Source: Octopus sinensis (taxonomy: Eukaryota). Taken from it: 64,000 nucleotides of DNA. Shown here piece after piece: positions 24,922 through 38,289 of the stretch. The stretch covers positions 31,693 through 95,692 of the forward strand of contig NW_021832840.1 of assembly GCF_006345805.1 (NCBI RefSeq). The letters run 5' to 3'. The position numbers were made by a program, and so were the translations under genes. The first letter of the stretch is position 1; every line of letters begins with the position of its first letter. The notes below the pieces were generated by a model that saw only the letters and a list, made by a program, of their open reading frames with translations, was not told where the DNA came from and made no database searches.

Positions 24922-25310
24922 AGTGGCTGAAGACTATGAATTTTGGAATTCAAACGTCGTGGGTTCAAATCCGATGGAACCAAGTTTTCAGCCGGGGTCA
25001 AATCTTGTCAACGTTTCCCACCCGTGAGGCGACGAGTCCATCTGGCACGACACAGATGTCGAAAGGGGACCTCCTACCTTCCCCTGATCACATTACCGAT
25101 GAAGAATCTCCATTATGCGAAAAACCCGTCCGGATTCAAATGAAGTGCGGTGAGCTACGGTAGGAGGCTGACAAATGGGAACTGGGCATACCAGAAATTC
25201 CCCACCTCTCTTTGGAGACGGATGGCTGTAATGAAGATTTGGAGGCTAATGTTGATCGGCACAAGCAATCCCTTCGTTCCTTGCTCCTTCATTTGATTAG
25301 TTAGTTGTGA
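24922..25310 (+). mobile_element. tRNA-derived SINE-like element
   Basis: A-box-like CAGTGGCTGAAG, B box GGTTCAAATCC, 3' ttagttagtt repeats; diverged second copy at 35340-35490. Confidence 0.6.
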
Positions 25311-25339
25311 CTGTTTGTGCTGGGTTTGCCATGTTGTGC

Positions 25340-26480
25340 AAGCATTTCCATAAATACACGAATAATTCAGGAGGGAAATCTCTAAAATTAGCTTCTTGAA
25401 TACTATTCCATGGCATTGAATTTGTTCTTTTTTTAAATATTGTGCAATCTCACATGGATCTTCCCCAAAGTCGATAGAATTAATACTTTGAATAGCATCT
25501 TTAACAGTATAAAAAGTATCTTCACATTTCTTTATTCATTCGCTTAGACAGTTGTAAAATGCTATGTTTGCTAGGTTCCGCTCCAGTGAATCAAAATTTA
25601 TCGCCTTCTTTGCATTCAAAACAATTTTTTCCATTATTCGATAACGAGGAAACTATCTTTCGGATTTTGTTCAAATTTTTTGAATAATATGTTCCAGCAT
25701 TAAGCCAGCTGCCCCATCTTGTGACAACAACATCTGGAGGTAGACCAAATTCAGAAAAAATGCTTTTGACGACTTTTATTTTTAAGCGTCACGATCTTCA
25801 TCGATGATATTAAGAAATCGATGGCTTGATACTGAGAACGCACTTTTAGTGCCCAATTATGAAGTAAATGAGCAAAACAAGTAATGTGAATCATATTCGG
25901 ATAAAATATACGTATGCTAGTTGCGGCTGAGATCATCTACGGTGCAGCATCAGTTAACAACAAAACAAAGTTTTTTCTCTCAACTTGTTAATTTCGTAAG
26001 CAATCATCAATTGTTTGACAAATTGAACTTGCATTACACGTCTCAACACAAATACAGTCAATTAAATAAATATTGGTTGGGTTGTCAATCTTCCCTGCAA
26101 TAATGTTCACATATTTTAGTTTTTCAACCTGTTTCACAGAAATAGTGGAAACAAGATTTTGGAATGTGTCTCACTAGGCAGTTAAAATCCCAAAATTTCA
26201 AAAAAAGTTTGAAAATGGACACCCCTTAATTTGAACATCGGAATATTTGTTTTTGTCATCATTTCGACCAAACTGATTGCGAAAGATTCTTCGGAAACCA
26301 CATCTTTAGAAATCAACTTCATTTAGACATTAAATTTTCCTGATTCTAATCTCTTTTTGTGTATCAACGTTTGGCGATGTGTTCAATGTTGAAACTTTTT
26401 CCACATTTAACAGGAACACAACATTTTAAATAATAAAGTCTCCTGTGATCATCCTATTAGAATTCGCTAGGAAATTTGTT
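25340..26480 (-). mobile_element. hAT-like (CGGBP1-related) transposase remnant
   Basis: LLTDAAP*MISAA...YPNMIHITCFAHLLHN; homologous to 21420-22271. Confidence 0.7.
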
Positions 26481-26529
26481 AATTATAAATGCAGAACTAA
26501 ATGATGAGTCAAATTCAAATTATTTTGAG

Positions 26530-26830
26530 AATGACGATAAAAATACTGAGAAACAAGTACATGAAAACCTTGTTAAAGCTGGAGAGAAAATGAAAAAACG
26601 TTGTAAGTAGAAATATGACGCCGAAGACATTTAAATTGGAGATACAGTGCTGTTGAAAGACGACAGGGATGATAACCTGGTAGCCGTAGATACCCATTAT
26701 ATGACGAACTAAATATAAATAAGTACAGTTTCAGAAAAATTTGAAACTACGTGTACTATTATTAAAGATAATGGAGAAACAGCATCAAACGTGCATCTAA
26801 GTAGATTGAAAAAGATTTGATGAAAATTTT
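26530..26830 (+). mobile_element. Ginger/gypsy-type integrase C-terminal remnant
   Basis: IGDTVLLK... and NVHLSRLKKI*, resembling the tail at 50952-51212. Confidence 0.4.
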
Positions 26831-27094
26831 GATTTTTTTCAAATGAATTAATTCTTATTTTTTGTTGACTCCCATTAAATAAATTAAATTTTATTTATTT
26901 TAAAAATGTAAAGCTTCAAATGAATTATGTGTGATTTATGTAGCACGCAGAAATATAAAAACTAATAAAAAAGAAGAAAATCAAGTTAATTATATTTTTA
27001 GATGATTTTTAGATTATATTTATATTTTTTGTTAATTTTTTCGATGGTGGGTTATCCAACCCGGTGGGCTATAAAACCGGTGACATATTATATA

Positions 27095-28031
27095 CAGTCA
27101 AACCCCGGTTACTCGCCACCCCACTTACTCGCCACCTCAGTTAGTCGCCACTTTTTTGACGAAATATCAATTTTTATAAGAAGAATTCAGTTACTCGCCA
27201 GTTTCAGTTACTCGCCACTATTTTCTAAAAATAAATAAAAGCGAAATAGCCTCTATTAATCTAATTTTTTGGGGAAAAAGTCGTTTATCTTGCGGAAAAT
27301 TCCCTGCACTAGAATCGGAAGTTGTATCTTGGCTCGAGAAAATAGAATTGGCTGGAGGATTTCTTGATGACAATGCAATTTTATTAAAAGCAAAAAGTAT
27401 TACAAGATTACATGAAATAACTGATTTTATGGGAAACAATGGATGGCTTTCCAGATTCAAACAGAGAAACAATTTAAAATTAAGATTATTCCATGGAGAA
27501 TCTGGCTCAATAACTGAAAATCTAAATCAGCAAATTGAAAATTTTCAAATAATTTTATCTACGAAATTACAACAATATGATCTTGAAAATGTTTACAATG
27601 GTGACGAAACTGGTGTTTTTTTATAAAAATGTTCCTTCAAAAAGCATTTGCTCAAAAACTCGACTTGGAAATAAAATCCTTAAAGATCGGTTGAAACTTT
27701 AATAATCATGCTTGAGAAAGATGCTTTAAAAACATTAAAATTGAGAAATATTTAAAATACTGTCATTCCTCAAAAGCATGGATGACTAAAAAAATTCTTA
27801 ATTAATGGCTTTATCATTGGGATATTGAATTAAAAAAAAAAGAAAAATTCTTTTAATTATTGACCTATGCCTGAAATAATGATATTTTTATTATTTACTT
27901 TAATTATTTTTAATTTTGTGAATATAAAATTTAATTAAAATTTGATATTGATTATTCAGTTACAAGCCAAATTCAGTTACTCGCCATTTTTTGCTTGGTC
28001 CCAAATTTGGCGAGTAAACGGGGTTTGACTG
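27095..28031 (+). mobile_element. pogo/Tigger element, internally deleted, both TIRs
   Basis: TIR CAGTCAAACCCCG..TACTCGCCA; TA TSD on both sides; NGWLSRFKQRN...VYNGDETGVF; subterminal ttactcgcca repeats. Confidence 0.9.
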
Positions 28032-28199
28032 TATTTTCTTTTTATTTGATTTTTTAGGTTTAGCCATCACAACAAATATATTTAAGCGTGCGTAATTATT
28101 AATTTATAAATTTAAACATATGACTTTATGAAAAAAACATGACATTAATGACCTATAAGACTACATCGAAAGTAAATAAAAATATAATTTGTTTATGAT

Positions 28200-29347
28200 T
28201 TTTAGTAATAAGGTGAATCAATTTATGATAATTATGTATATTTAATTAGCAGCAGAGGATAGGATGGAATGGCAATTCCCACGCAAGATGGCTATTGATA
28301 TGCGTTGGAAAAGCCATGTCCGTTCCCGATGATCATTTCTTCTTCTGCTTGCCAAATCCCCCAGTTTAATAAGGAATTTTTTAGTTCTGGGGCCGAGGAC
28401 TCCCGATGTCTCCACTGCGATCGGGGCAAAGATGTGGCGGTGAGATAATGCACTGTATTTCTTGATTTTTAGCGTTTCGGCCAGGTTGGCTGCGGAGCCC
28501 GGCTCTGAAGCCGACGACAAGATGTTCCCGGCGGAGAAGGTATCCGTGTAAGTGGCGTCCCAGATGAGAGACTTGCCGTTTTCAAATGGGAAGGTCGTTA
28601 GACCATCAGGACGTTTACCATCCTCCCGAGCCAGCCCGACCGGTTCCAGCTGTGAAGGGAATCCGGCAGTTCCCAGGGTCCGCTTGACTATGTCGTTCAG
28701 AGCCGTATGTCGAGGGAAGCGTCCGGAACTTCTTTGGCACGATAACGGGTGCAATCCGAAGGGGTCAACGGTCGATCCACAGCGACACCGGTGTTCCCGG
28801 CATACGTTCAGACCTAGGCGCAGTGATATGCCGATCCTCAGGCAATCATCGTCCAATAAGGTTCCAATAGAACCCATTGGGATAGCGGTCAACCAAGCCC
28901 CCGAATATGGTTGTGAGGCAGCCAGTAAGCAAGCCAAGCGATGTTGGTTAAGCTTGGGCTTGTTTAGCTTCTGGTCGCAGAGGATCCTGTCCCATTCGGC
29001 CTGTGCGTGCGGATTCTGAGGAAGCTCAAGAGACAACCCAAGCGAGCGGCTTTTTGCGGCGACTGACTCTGTTTCCAAAGAGGATTCGGAAAAGGGTTGG
29101 AGAATCTCTTGGACAAGGGTGCTCGTGGCATGTGTGGAGGAAAGGAATGCTGGCAAAGAAAGGTCAGTGGCTGAGCGCACACCGATGCCGCCATGACTGA
29201 TAGGGAGTATTGCCTGTTCCCAGCCAAGATCGTCGAATGGTGCATTACATATTGATTCGAGGCAAGTCCTAAGGGCATGGTCGAATCTGGAAAGACTCTC
29301 GGGATTGGCAAAGCATGGTGCGCTTCTGAGGGTAAACAGTAGTTGTT
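28200..29347 (-). mobile_element. CRE-like retrotransposon 3' half
   Basis: ORF 28242-29180: CRCGSTVDPFGLHPLSC, RHTALND, KRPDG, PIAVETSG. Close relative of 4992-6600. Confidence 0.9.
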
Positions 29348-29409
29348 TATTAAATTAAAAAAACAATTCTTTTTTGATATGACTTTAATGACTTTTGGTT
29401 GCCCTAGTT

Positions 29410-30290
29410 ATAACGGTAGACAGCATTTTCTAACTTATCAACCCACTTTTTTAATGTTATCCACCATTTTTAACAACTTCCTGGTTATCGTTTAATTAAA
29501 TCTTTAGACAATTCCTTGAGCCCGAGGATTAATAGGCCTTCCGTGGATTTGTTAAAATCAACGCATAGTTGTATTATTTCTTGATTTTTAATTCCGACCC
29601 ATTGTCGATTGAGGAAGTTTGCACGGTCCATTTAGGCGAAACAAAAATCTTAAGTTTTTACACACTTCTTTACCAGACTTATAGAGTGGTCTTGCAAATG
29701 CAAATCTATACAAAAAATTAAAAAACCAACCTACAATAAATGTCAACGACCGTTAAAATTCATTTTAAATTGTCGTTTAGTGTTGAAAATCTTTTCAGAT
29801 CTATTATATATCTATTTAGAAGCGTTCATTTGGACATGAAACGAGCACATAGTGATTTATATCTCAAATCTACAATTGAAAAAAAATCTCAAACTTTTAA
29901 AGAACGCAAAAATTTGCAAACTTCACAATTTCGAATGACTTTTCTGATAATCTCATTCTTGACAGTGGAATATCTTGTCACCTATTCAATTTTATTTACT
30001 CCTCCGTGAGAAATAATGATTTCGCCACAAACTCCATTCCGTTTTCATTGTCGAGGATAAGATAAAGTCTGTAAATTTATTGCAAATTTACAATACTTGC
30101 CATTGATAATGACGAAATTCTCCATCTTCTTAAATTTGTTATGTAAAGCATCTTTTAAAATTTGACATTCAACGGATTCTTTTACAAAACCCTTGTAAGA
30201 AGCCATTGCAACAAAACAATCTTTAAATTAATGTTTGCCTTATAAAAAAATAAAATCTTTATAATCAACATTTATAAATAAAAACTAATC
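29410..30290 (-). mobile_element. Ginger integrase remnant with 25-nt intron
   Basis: VVDIYCR|FAFARPL after splicing 29706-29730; IDNGSE downstream. Confidence 0.6.
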
Positions 30291-30594
30291 TAATAGATCA
30301 CGATAAAAATCAGATATACAAAATTTAATGTCGAATAATCAAGACATTTGCAAGGTCAAAAAATGTAACAGGCTGCCCATGCGTAGCGCGCCGCTCATTT
30401 AGCTAGGCTAGAAAAATTTTCCAGAAATTTATTTTGCAAAGCATCTTTAGAAATTCGATACTCTGAAGAATTTTTTACATACCTATAGACAGCAATTAAA
30501 AGAAAGTAAAAAAAAAAAACTTTATGTTTACCAAAATTAAAAAATAATTTTTTAAGTAATTGAATACATAAATATATTTTTATTTTTTTTAAAA

Positions 30595-31580
30595 TAAAAG
30601 GAGGGATCGGCTTGATCACCCCGGCAGATTCAGCGCACGGCGCATATTTTTCCTCAGTACTCTCGTCCAGAGATATGATCGACACTGTTCTTTCTCAAAT
30701 AAACGAACAGAGGAAATCATTTGCTGTGGATGATTGCGTCGCCGTATGGGAAAAGCTGGGATTGCCATTGCCATCTGATGTGACCTGCCAATCGGAGTGG
30801 ACGTCGAAAGTCCACGCCAATACGTTTTCATGCCTAAAGGAAACCATGGACCAGAGAAGGTTGGCTTGTTTACAAGCGGGCAGCCAGCCCCTAAGCGGCG
30901 CGTGGCTAAACTGTTACCCTTGTAATACAACTGGCTGCCTTCTTAATGATGAAGCCGTAAGAATTGGAGTTTGTCTGCGCCTCGGTCTACGCGTCTATGA
31001 AAAACACCAATGCCGGTGCGGCATGTAAACTGACGAGTTTGGATATCACTCCCTCTCATGTCGAAACGGAATTGGACGTTCCTCACGGCATTCCGAACTG
31101 AACCAGATCATCTGTCGATCTCTTCGAACTGCTGGATTCCACACACATTGGAACCTGCAGGGATTTTCGTAGAGGACGGCAGAAGACCCGATGGGATGAC
31201 CACATTTCCATTCCAGAGGGGAAAGTGTCTGGTTTGGGACGTCACGTGTGTGAACTCCTTTTCCAATCAGAACATCAAATTATGCATCGAGAATCCTGGA
31301 GCCCCGTCTGAACGGGCAGAGAAGAGAAAAGCTGAGAAATACGCTGGAATTGGGAATGGGAGAGTGTTTGTCCCCCTGGCTGTTGAGACGTCAGGAATAC
31401 AGGGGCCTTCTACTCGGACCCTACTCCAGCGCATTGCCTCATTAATCGGAAGGGTTACCGGCGATCCGTGTGAGCACCGGTATTTAATCGAAAGAATATC
31501 TATAGCAATAGTCAGAGGCAATACTCTGGCTATCTGCCAATGACTATTTCTCTTTTGGTTTACATAAATAAAATATCACA
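30595..31580 (+). mobile_element. CRE-like retrotransposon 3' part (distinct subfamily)
   Basis: SGAWLNCYP...RIGVCLRLG...CRCG, EDGRRPDG, LVWDVTCV, PLAVETSG; internal stop at 31028. Confidence 0.85.
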
Positions 31581-31639
31581 AATAAAAGCACTCAATTTGT
31601 CAAAAAAACATTTAAAACTTGCAGACAATAGAGAAGTTA

Positions 31640-34240
31640 ACTAATTTAGATGAGTCGCCGAGCGGATGGACAGGCAATTTCCACGTAATATCGCGAACGA
31701 TATCCGCTGAAAAAGCCAGCTTGTTTCACAACTGTTGTGACTCCTCCTCGAGATGATTAAACCAATCTCTGAGAGGATTTTGAGGGCTTTGGGTCAATTA
31801 TCCCACTGGTCTCGAAAACCAGAGGAATCAAGCAGCAGGTATCGGTAAAAGAGCCATATTTTGCAGTTTTCCTAGATTCGGCAAGGGCAGATGCAGATCC
31901 AGGACGAGAAGCGGAGTAACCAAAGATGATGAGGAAAATGAGTCTACGCAGGTAACATCCCACACGAGTGCCATTCCCTCCCTGAACGGGAATAAAGTCG
32001 ACCCGTCAGGGCGTTTTCCGTCCCCACGGTCTAGTCCTATCGGTTCTAACATCGAGGGGAATCCAGCGGCGTTAAGCGCGCGCTTCACAACGTCGTTCAA
32101 TGAGGCGTGCCTGGGGATCCTGCCGGCCCTGAGGCGACAAGAGAGAGGGTGTAAACCTCTCCTGTCAATGAGTTGTCCACATCTGCAATGGTGCGGCTGG
32201 CAAATCTCTATGCCAAGCCGTAAACAGATTCCGATGCGGACTGATTCGTTGTTTAGGAACATGCCCGCTGACGAGATCGGTAACGCATTCAGCCAATCGC
32301 CCGAATGCGGTTGACAGGCACAATTAATGCTTGCCAACTGAAACTGATCGGCGTGTGACTGGATATCTTCAATTATGTGAGAACAATATGTGTTGTCCCA
32401 GTTCTTTTGAGCTGACCGAATGTCCGGGACTTTAAGCCCCCGAGGGCAAGAGCGAATACCGATGCCCCCATAACGGATGGGCAAATTAGCACGTACCATG
32501 TCATCAAATTTGAGTTTTGTGTTTACCAGTAGCCCAAGGGCTTTGGAAACCAGATTATCCAGGCGAGATAAGTATTCTTGTTCTCGGAAGCACGGCGTAG
32601 AGCGCATGAGAAAAGTAAGTTTCGGAATAAAGAGATAGTTCTTGAGTAGAAAAAGCCCCAGGTGTGATTCGAGTTTACAGATACGCGAAATGAGGATTTC
32701 TATCTCCTCTTCCTTGTTAGCCAGAGCCTTCTTAGTACCCTTACCACTGATTGGTGATCCGAGGATAATAAGTTCGTCAAAAGCGGTGATGCTCAAATGC
32801 TCAATACGATGAGCTAAAGTTGAGAAGATAAATTTAAATTCGAGTGGATTTGCAGACAGGTGGATTAGTTCAGATTTAGATCCGTTGAGAACGAGTCTGA
32901 TAGAAGCAAATCCAGAAATAATTCTTGTGACATCATTTTTCACGACCTCCAAATCTCCACCAAGTGTGACGCCATCAAGATACCAAAGATTGACTTTGGA
33001 AGATAATTGAGACGCAATATGATGTACGCCTAGGGAGAACAGAAGAGGCCACAATGGGTCACCCTGTTGGATCCCCGATTCAGACATAATAACGTTGTCA
33101 GCAAATAGGAGACAACTTGGGGAGGTATATGATAGATGTACGATGGGATATAATGAGGGAAAACGATTACGAACAGATTCTAAAATATGATCTCGACGGA
33201 TAGAATTGAATGTATTCATGACATCCAGTTTAAGGAGAAAAGGGACTCCATTCTTTTCGGAGAAATCCAGCTGCCGTATACCATGGGCGGCTGCTTTACA
33301 AGCACCTTTCACACCTACGCCCAGTTGGATCGGCATTAAAAGTTCACTTGCTTCACAGACTACCGAACGGCAAATAATTTTAGCCGCCAGGCGTCTAAAG
33401 ACATTCCCAACAGCAATGGGTCGTATTCCACCATCACATTTGTTTAGAGCCGTCAGATTTGCGGAGAAAAGTAAATCCCTTGCAAAAGGAGGGATCTCAC
33501 CAGAGATAATTCTTGTGCATAGGCACATGATGGCCAACATTAGGCATCTTCCCGCCTCAGAAGTTACCGGAGAAAGAAGGTCCTTGAGATGGATGGGTTT
33601 CAAACCGTCAATACCACCACTGCTACTGAGGGGGAAAAAATTGCGAGCAGCAGATACTTCTGCTGAAGTGACGGAATATGCGTTAAAAACGAAACCAGTG
33701 ACCAACTCAGGAATTTCGGATAGATCGTCCGGTGCCGCAGGGTGTTTTGAACGTAGTTGACTAAGAACCTTGTCCGAAGGAGGGGCAATAGATGAGTTAG
33801 AGCAGATAACACGGACAGCACTGCGCACATTGCCTTGCATGAGCTTGCCTCGAACCATTCTAGTGATGTCTTGAATGGATACGTTTGGACGACGGTGCTT
33901 TTTTACGGACTGAGGAGAAATGGCGCTGATATCGAATTTAGCGTTGTCGAATATTTCACAATTTGATTTAATATTCTGCGAAAGAGACGTGTGGTCGCCA
34001 CCGTGGTTGTGGCTGGGAGAGCCTCCGAGACAAACGGAGGCAAAAGAGAAGAGCTTGTACCAATCATCTGGCGAGTTTGAGGCCAGAGATCGCTCGATTG
34101 CAAGAGCCAAAGATTTTGTCACTTGAATTTTGGCTGATTTAGGGATCCGAGACGGAATGACTTTATTTTTACGGAAAACAGACAAGCGGGTAAGAAATGC
34201 CTGCGCCTCATAACAAGGCCGGTCAGTTGAGGATTTTTCA
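31640..34240 (-). mobile_element. CRE-like retrotransposon, near-complete RT and RLE, inactivated
   Basis: 785-aa ORF: GIRPIAVGNVFRRLAAK, QQGDPLWPLLF, WYLDGVTLGG (YLDD changed to YLDG), CRCG...HPLSC, RHASLND, KRPDG; frameshift near 31830. Confidence 0.92.
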
Positions 34241-34275
34241 GATAAATATATTAGCTATGGATGTTGGATCTAGAC

Positions 34276-35165
34276 CAGGGATTTTAAACTCATTTCGCTT
34301 CGAGGGCCGCATTTATAATAATTTCTCATTTAAGGGAAGATTAATTCTGATATTTATCTAAATTATTCAATCATCGCCCTTAAATTTTGGTGAGAGCTGC
34401 TTCAAGAGGATTGACATCTTTTTTTAGATACAATTTTTGATATGTCAGGCTGAGCTATGTTCTTTGAGCAGTTTTTGTCAATTTCATAAATGAAAAAAGC
34501 TGTTCACACACATATAGCAATGATTTTTGTCGCAAACTTTTTAAAATTTTTAAACTTTCCAGAAAGATATGAAAAAAGCAGGTATTCCGACTTCCAAATA
34601 TTTAGCTTTAAGTATAGAATCTGATTGGATTTCCAATAATTCCATTTGTAAACTTTCATCTGCATTGGAAACCTTGAAAGAGAATGGTGATGCGTATAAT
34701 GAAAATTGTTATTCAAAAGACAAAAAATCATTAAATCTTTCTTAAAATTCATTTAACAACGATTCTAGTTGTCTTTCATACTGAGAAAAATTTATTACAT
34801 TATGTGCATCAACAGTACTCCTGAGCTCTTTGCACGTAGGAAAATGAGATAAATCTTCATTTAATAGCTGAAACTTCCATAATTTTATTTTCGAAATAAA
34901 AAACTTGATATGATCTGACAACTGAGTTATAAGCTTGTCTGCTCTGCGATTCTAAATTAAGGTCGTTCATATATGGGGTAATATCCACTGCAGATGCCAA
35001 ATCTTTGATCCAAGATTGACTATTCATTTCGTCTGTGTTTTGCCCTTTCATCTCCATAAATAAAATTATTTCCGATCTCAACAAATAAAATTTTTTAACA
35101 ACTTTGTGAAGTGATGGAGTATAAAAAGGAATGTCGCTGAATTGATTATTAATATCTGTCAACAG
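34276..35165 (-). mobile_element. hAT SPIN-like transposase remnant with one TIR
   Basis: cagggattttaaactcatttcgcttcgagggccgca end, similar to 24178; FYLLRSEIILFMEMKG...DLASAVDIT..MNDLNL. Confidence 0.75.
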
Positions 35166-35339
35166 TTTACTAAACTGCCGGTGGTTGAGGGGATGACCTC
35201 TGATACTGTTTTCGTGACCAAACTAATGGAATTTTCTATTGTTAATATCTTTGAACACAAATATTGCTGATGAATAATACAATGAAAATGAGCAAATGAT
35301 GACCCGGGATTTATCTTTTCTATTTCAGCTTATCTAGAT

Positions 35340-35490
35340 TCTAGACAATCGTGGGTTCGAATCCGAAGGAGACTAGTTTCCAGCTCGGGGTCAATTCTTG
35401 TCATCGTTCCTTTGCCCGCGAGACGACGAGTAGTTCTGCCAAGACACAGTTGCAAATGGGGATTTCTTACCTTCCGGTCTTAGCGTGGCG
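35340..35490 (+). mobile_element. Diverged partial copy of the tRNA-derived SINE
   Basis: gtgggttcgaatccg...ggggtcaattcttgtcatcg...gacgag...gacacag...taccttcc aligns to 24960-25082. Confidence 0.6.
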
Positions 35491-35579
35491 TTATGTGGTC
35501 CACCATGTCAGTTGGAACTTCCAATCGGATATAGCAACGCTCAGGAGGCACATAATGTCTACCAAAAAAAGGACTTCTA

Positions 35580-36638
35580 CACCTTTTTGGTATCGAATAT
35601 CCAAACTAGGATGTCAAATATTCAAACGTCATTATTGTGGTTTCTAATATCCGGACGGTGATGTCAAAAGTCCGTTCCTATATTTTTTGCGATATCAAAT
35701 ATCCGAATTGTGATCTCAACAGTCCACAATATAAACATCCTTTAATTTTTTCTGCACATTAGTGAAAAAATGATATTTATTAATGAAATCAATGTTAAGT
35801 TGCTAAATATTGTCATCGGAAGTTAAATTGTTCATCTCGATCAACATTAATAAATTATACTTGAGTTCTTCTTAAAAATAAGTTTACATTGGTTTCGTCC
35901 ATATAAATTATATTTTTGTCTCGACTTTTTCTATTTATTATTTTTTCGACATATTCTTTCTTTTTCATTTTGTTTGCTTCTGAATTCATTAAATTGGTTT
36001 CAGTTATAACCTTGCTTTTACAAATATAAAAATACTTTCTTAACTGTAAATAATTTTCCATGTAAATATTTAGCTGCTGTCGAATAATGGATAGAAATTC
36101 CAGTTTCATTAAGTAGTCTCGCACAAATTTCGCTTAGAGTGATGATAGGATTTTCCTCAACATAGTTTATCATTCTCGATATTTCAGTGTCTGTGATTTT
36201 TGACCATCTGAATCCTCTACGTTTTTTATTAAGTTGTGAAGCATTTCGTATCCATTTATAAGCTGTATTTCGCTTAACTCTATTCGATTCCGCCACAATA
36301 TGCCGATCTGCATCTTAAATTTTATAAGCAGATATAATTCTTATTTTGGCTTCCAAATTTGTTTTATTATATGTTTTACTAACACGAGAAGAAGTATTCA
36401 TAGTTTTAACTAAAGTATTCATTTCGAACGAACAAAAATCCATTTATATTTTTTAGATACGTAATTTTGACATTAACATATTTGACATCACAGTTCGAAC
36501 ATTATAAAACACAATAATGACATCTCAGTTCGGATATTAGAAACCACAGTAATGACGTTTGACATCTCTGTTCGGATATTAGAAACCACAATAATTACGT
36601 TTGACATCACAGTTCGGATATTTGATACCAAAAAGGTG
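35580..36638 (-). mobile_element. IS630/Tc1/mariner-type element, internally deleted
   Basis: TIR CACCTTTTTGGTATC.AATATCC; TA flanks; roughly 40-bp subterminal repeats; HTH (EENPIITLSEI) and IYMDET. Confidence 0.85.
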
Positions 36639-36651
36639 TAGAACTCTGACC

Positions 36652-37240
36652 CTATGACATCGTCGTGCCAGACCGATCACCGTGGGCAGGATCAAACTTT
36701 TCAGATGCATCTCCGTTTCTTGTGAAATGAATTCCGGGATTATAATTAACTGACTTAAGTAGTTTCTTGAACGGTGGAGTTATAATCTGAGACAATGTCT
36801 TAGAGAATGTTATGAAAACTACCTGAAAAAATGAACATTTTGAAAAAATCTGAGCAACCTCAGTTCGGGTAACATCGTAATAACAATAACGAAGGCTATC
36901 AAATAAACGATCTCGTATAAGGTGATCCATATTATGCTCGGACTGACCATGCTTAACAATAGGTAATTTCAATGTGTTTGAGCTTTAGCTCATATTCCTC
37001 GAGCGCCAAAAAACGAAGTTCAGTATCTTCCTGCAAATGTAAGTTTTTCCGTCTTTAAACCTGATCAGATTCGAAAATTTTTTCAATCTGTATCTTTTTT
37101 TCTTATCAACATCTTTAAAAGATGACGGATCGAAATCAAAATTAAAATAATCCTGAGTGAGTCTAGCTGGCTTTTTCAGCGCATTTCGCTCGTGATATTG
37201 CGCGGAAACTGCCTGTCTATTCGCTCGTCCTCTCAATCAA
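36652..37240 (-). mobile_element. Ginger integrase N-terminus (H2C2 zinc domain) with 24-nt intron
   Basis: H...H...DSLRYCYYDVTRTEVAQIFSKCSFFQ fits integrase H2C2; intron 36799-36822; the 5' 65 bp recur at about 15978-16045. Confidence 0.55.
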
Positions 37241-38000
37241 ATGCCCCAATGCTTAATAATTATTTTTTATTGGAAATAATATTATCTATTAACTTAAAAT
37301 AATTCGACCGTCGTCTAATTCATAAAAATTCTATTTTATTTTAATAAAAACTAGTCGGTCCATTCAACGGCGTGGTCCATTGAATTTTATGTCCGATGAG
37401 GAAATAGTGTTTCAAATGTCTTGCTTAACCACATAACTTATTTTTCGTTTTCTTAGTTTCACGTAAAAATAAAACATTCAATTCAATTTATTTTTATAGG
37501 TTTTTTTATTTATTGAACCAGAAAACAACCTTCATAGCCAAAAAAAAAGATTCAGGTGATCTCAGCCTCCCTCAGCAGTTCTTGCAACCTTTCCCAATGT
37601 TCCGACGTCATTGCAACGCATTTTCGGTACAAAGTGGAATTTTTATAACGAAACTTGCGTAGATAAATTACATCAGATTACTTTATGATGTTCCAGCCTT
37701 TTGGAATAATCTCTATCGAAATATTTATTTAGCAGGTTTGCTACCTTCAACTGAATTTTGTTGATTTTTGATTGATTTTTCCAATTGAGTTTTTTCGTCC
37801 GATTCCACACGCATAGCTAATCGTATGTTCCACGTATTGATTGTACAGTCTGTACCAAAACATTATAATATTGGCAAATTTATCAATAAATCATTTGTAT
37901 CTCTACTTATATCAATTTTTAAGTGTTAATTTTTAGCATGTAATTTCTAAATTGACTTATCTAACTATTCTTAAATAAATTAATTCTTAAAAATATATTA

Positions 38001-38285
38001 TGTCGCGAGCGCAGCGCGCGACCGAGCGCTAGACGCAACTTTGACACCTAACAAGCCTATCATCAACAATATATTTATTAAATTATTTAAAATTTTAACA
38101 TGATTTAAAATTAAAATTGAAATAACTTAAGTTTTCCATTGAATCCCATAAAATAATTTATAAGTAGACCTTAATAGAAAAAGTAAAATCAATGAATACT
38201 GAACGCTAATTGGTTTAGGTTGTGAGGGGGGTAATAATTGACAGATCTCATTGCTATTTTTTCGTTTTAATCTCTAAAATTAGGT
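38001..38285 (+). mobile_element. Ginger-like terminal fragment
   Basis: Near-identical to 14900-15100 and 63300-63584. Confidence 0.65.
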
Positions 38286-38289
38286 CTTC

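Noticed and set aside
24922-24990. Functional tRNA gene
   Set aside because: The anticodon loop is not 7 nt and the acceptor stem is incomplete; better explained as a SINE head.
25095-25140. Hammerhead ribozyme (ccgatga...gcgaaa)
   Set aside because: The core deviates from CUGAUGA and stem II pairing is poor.
33206-33760. Long antisense ORFs over retroelements (also 5378-5899, 28552-29019, 38306-38857, 47530-47955)
   Set aside because: Shadow frames of GC-richer RT/RLE coding sequence, with no independent motifs.
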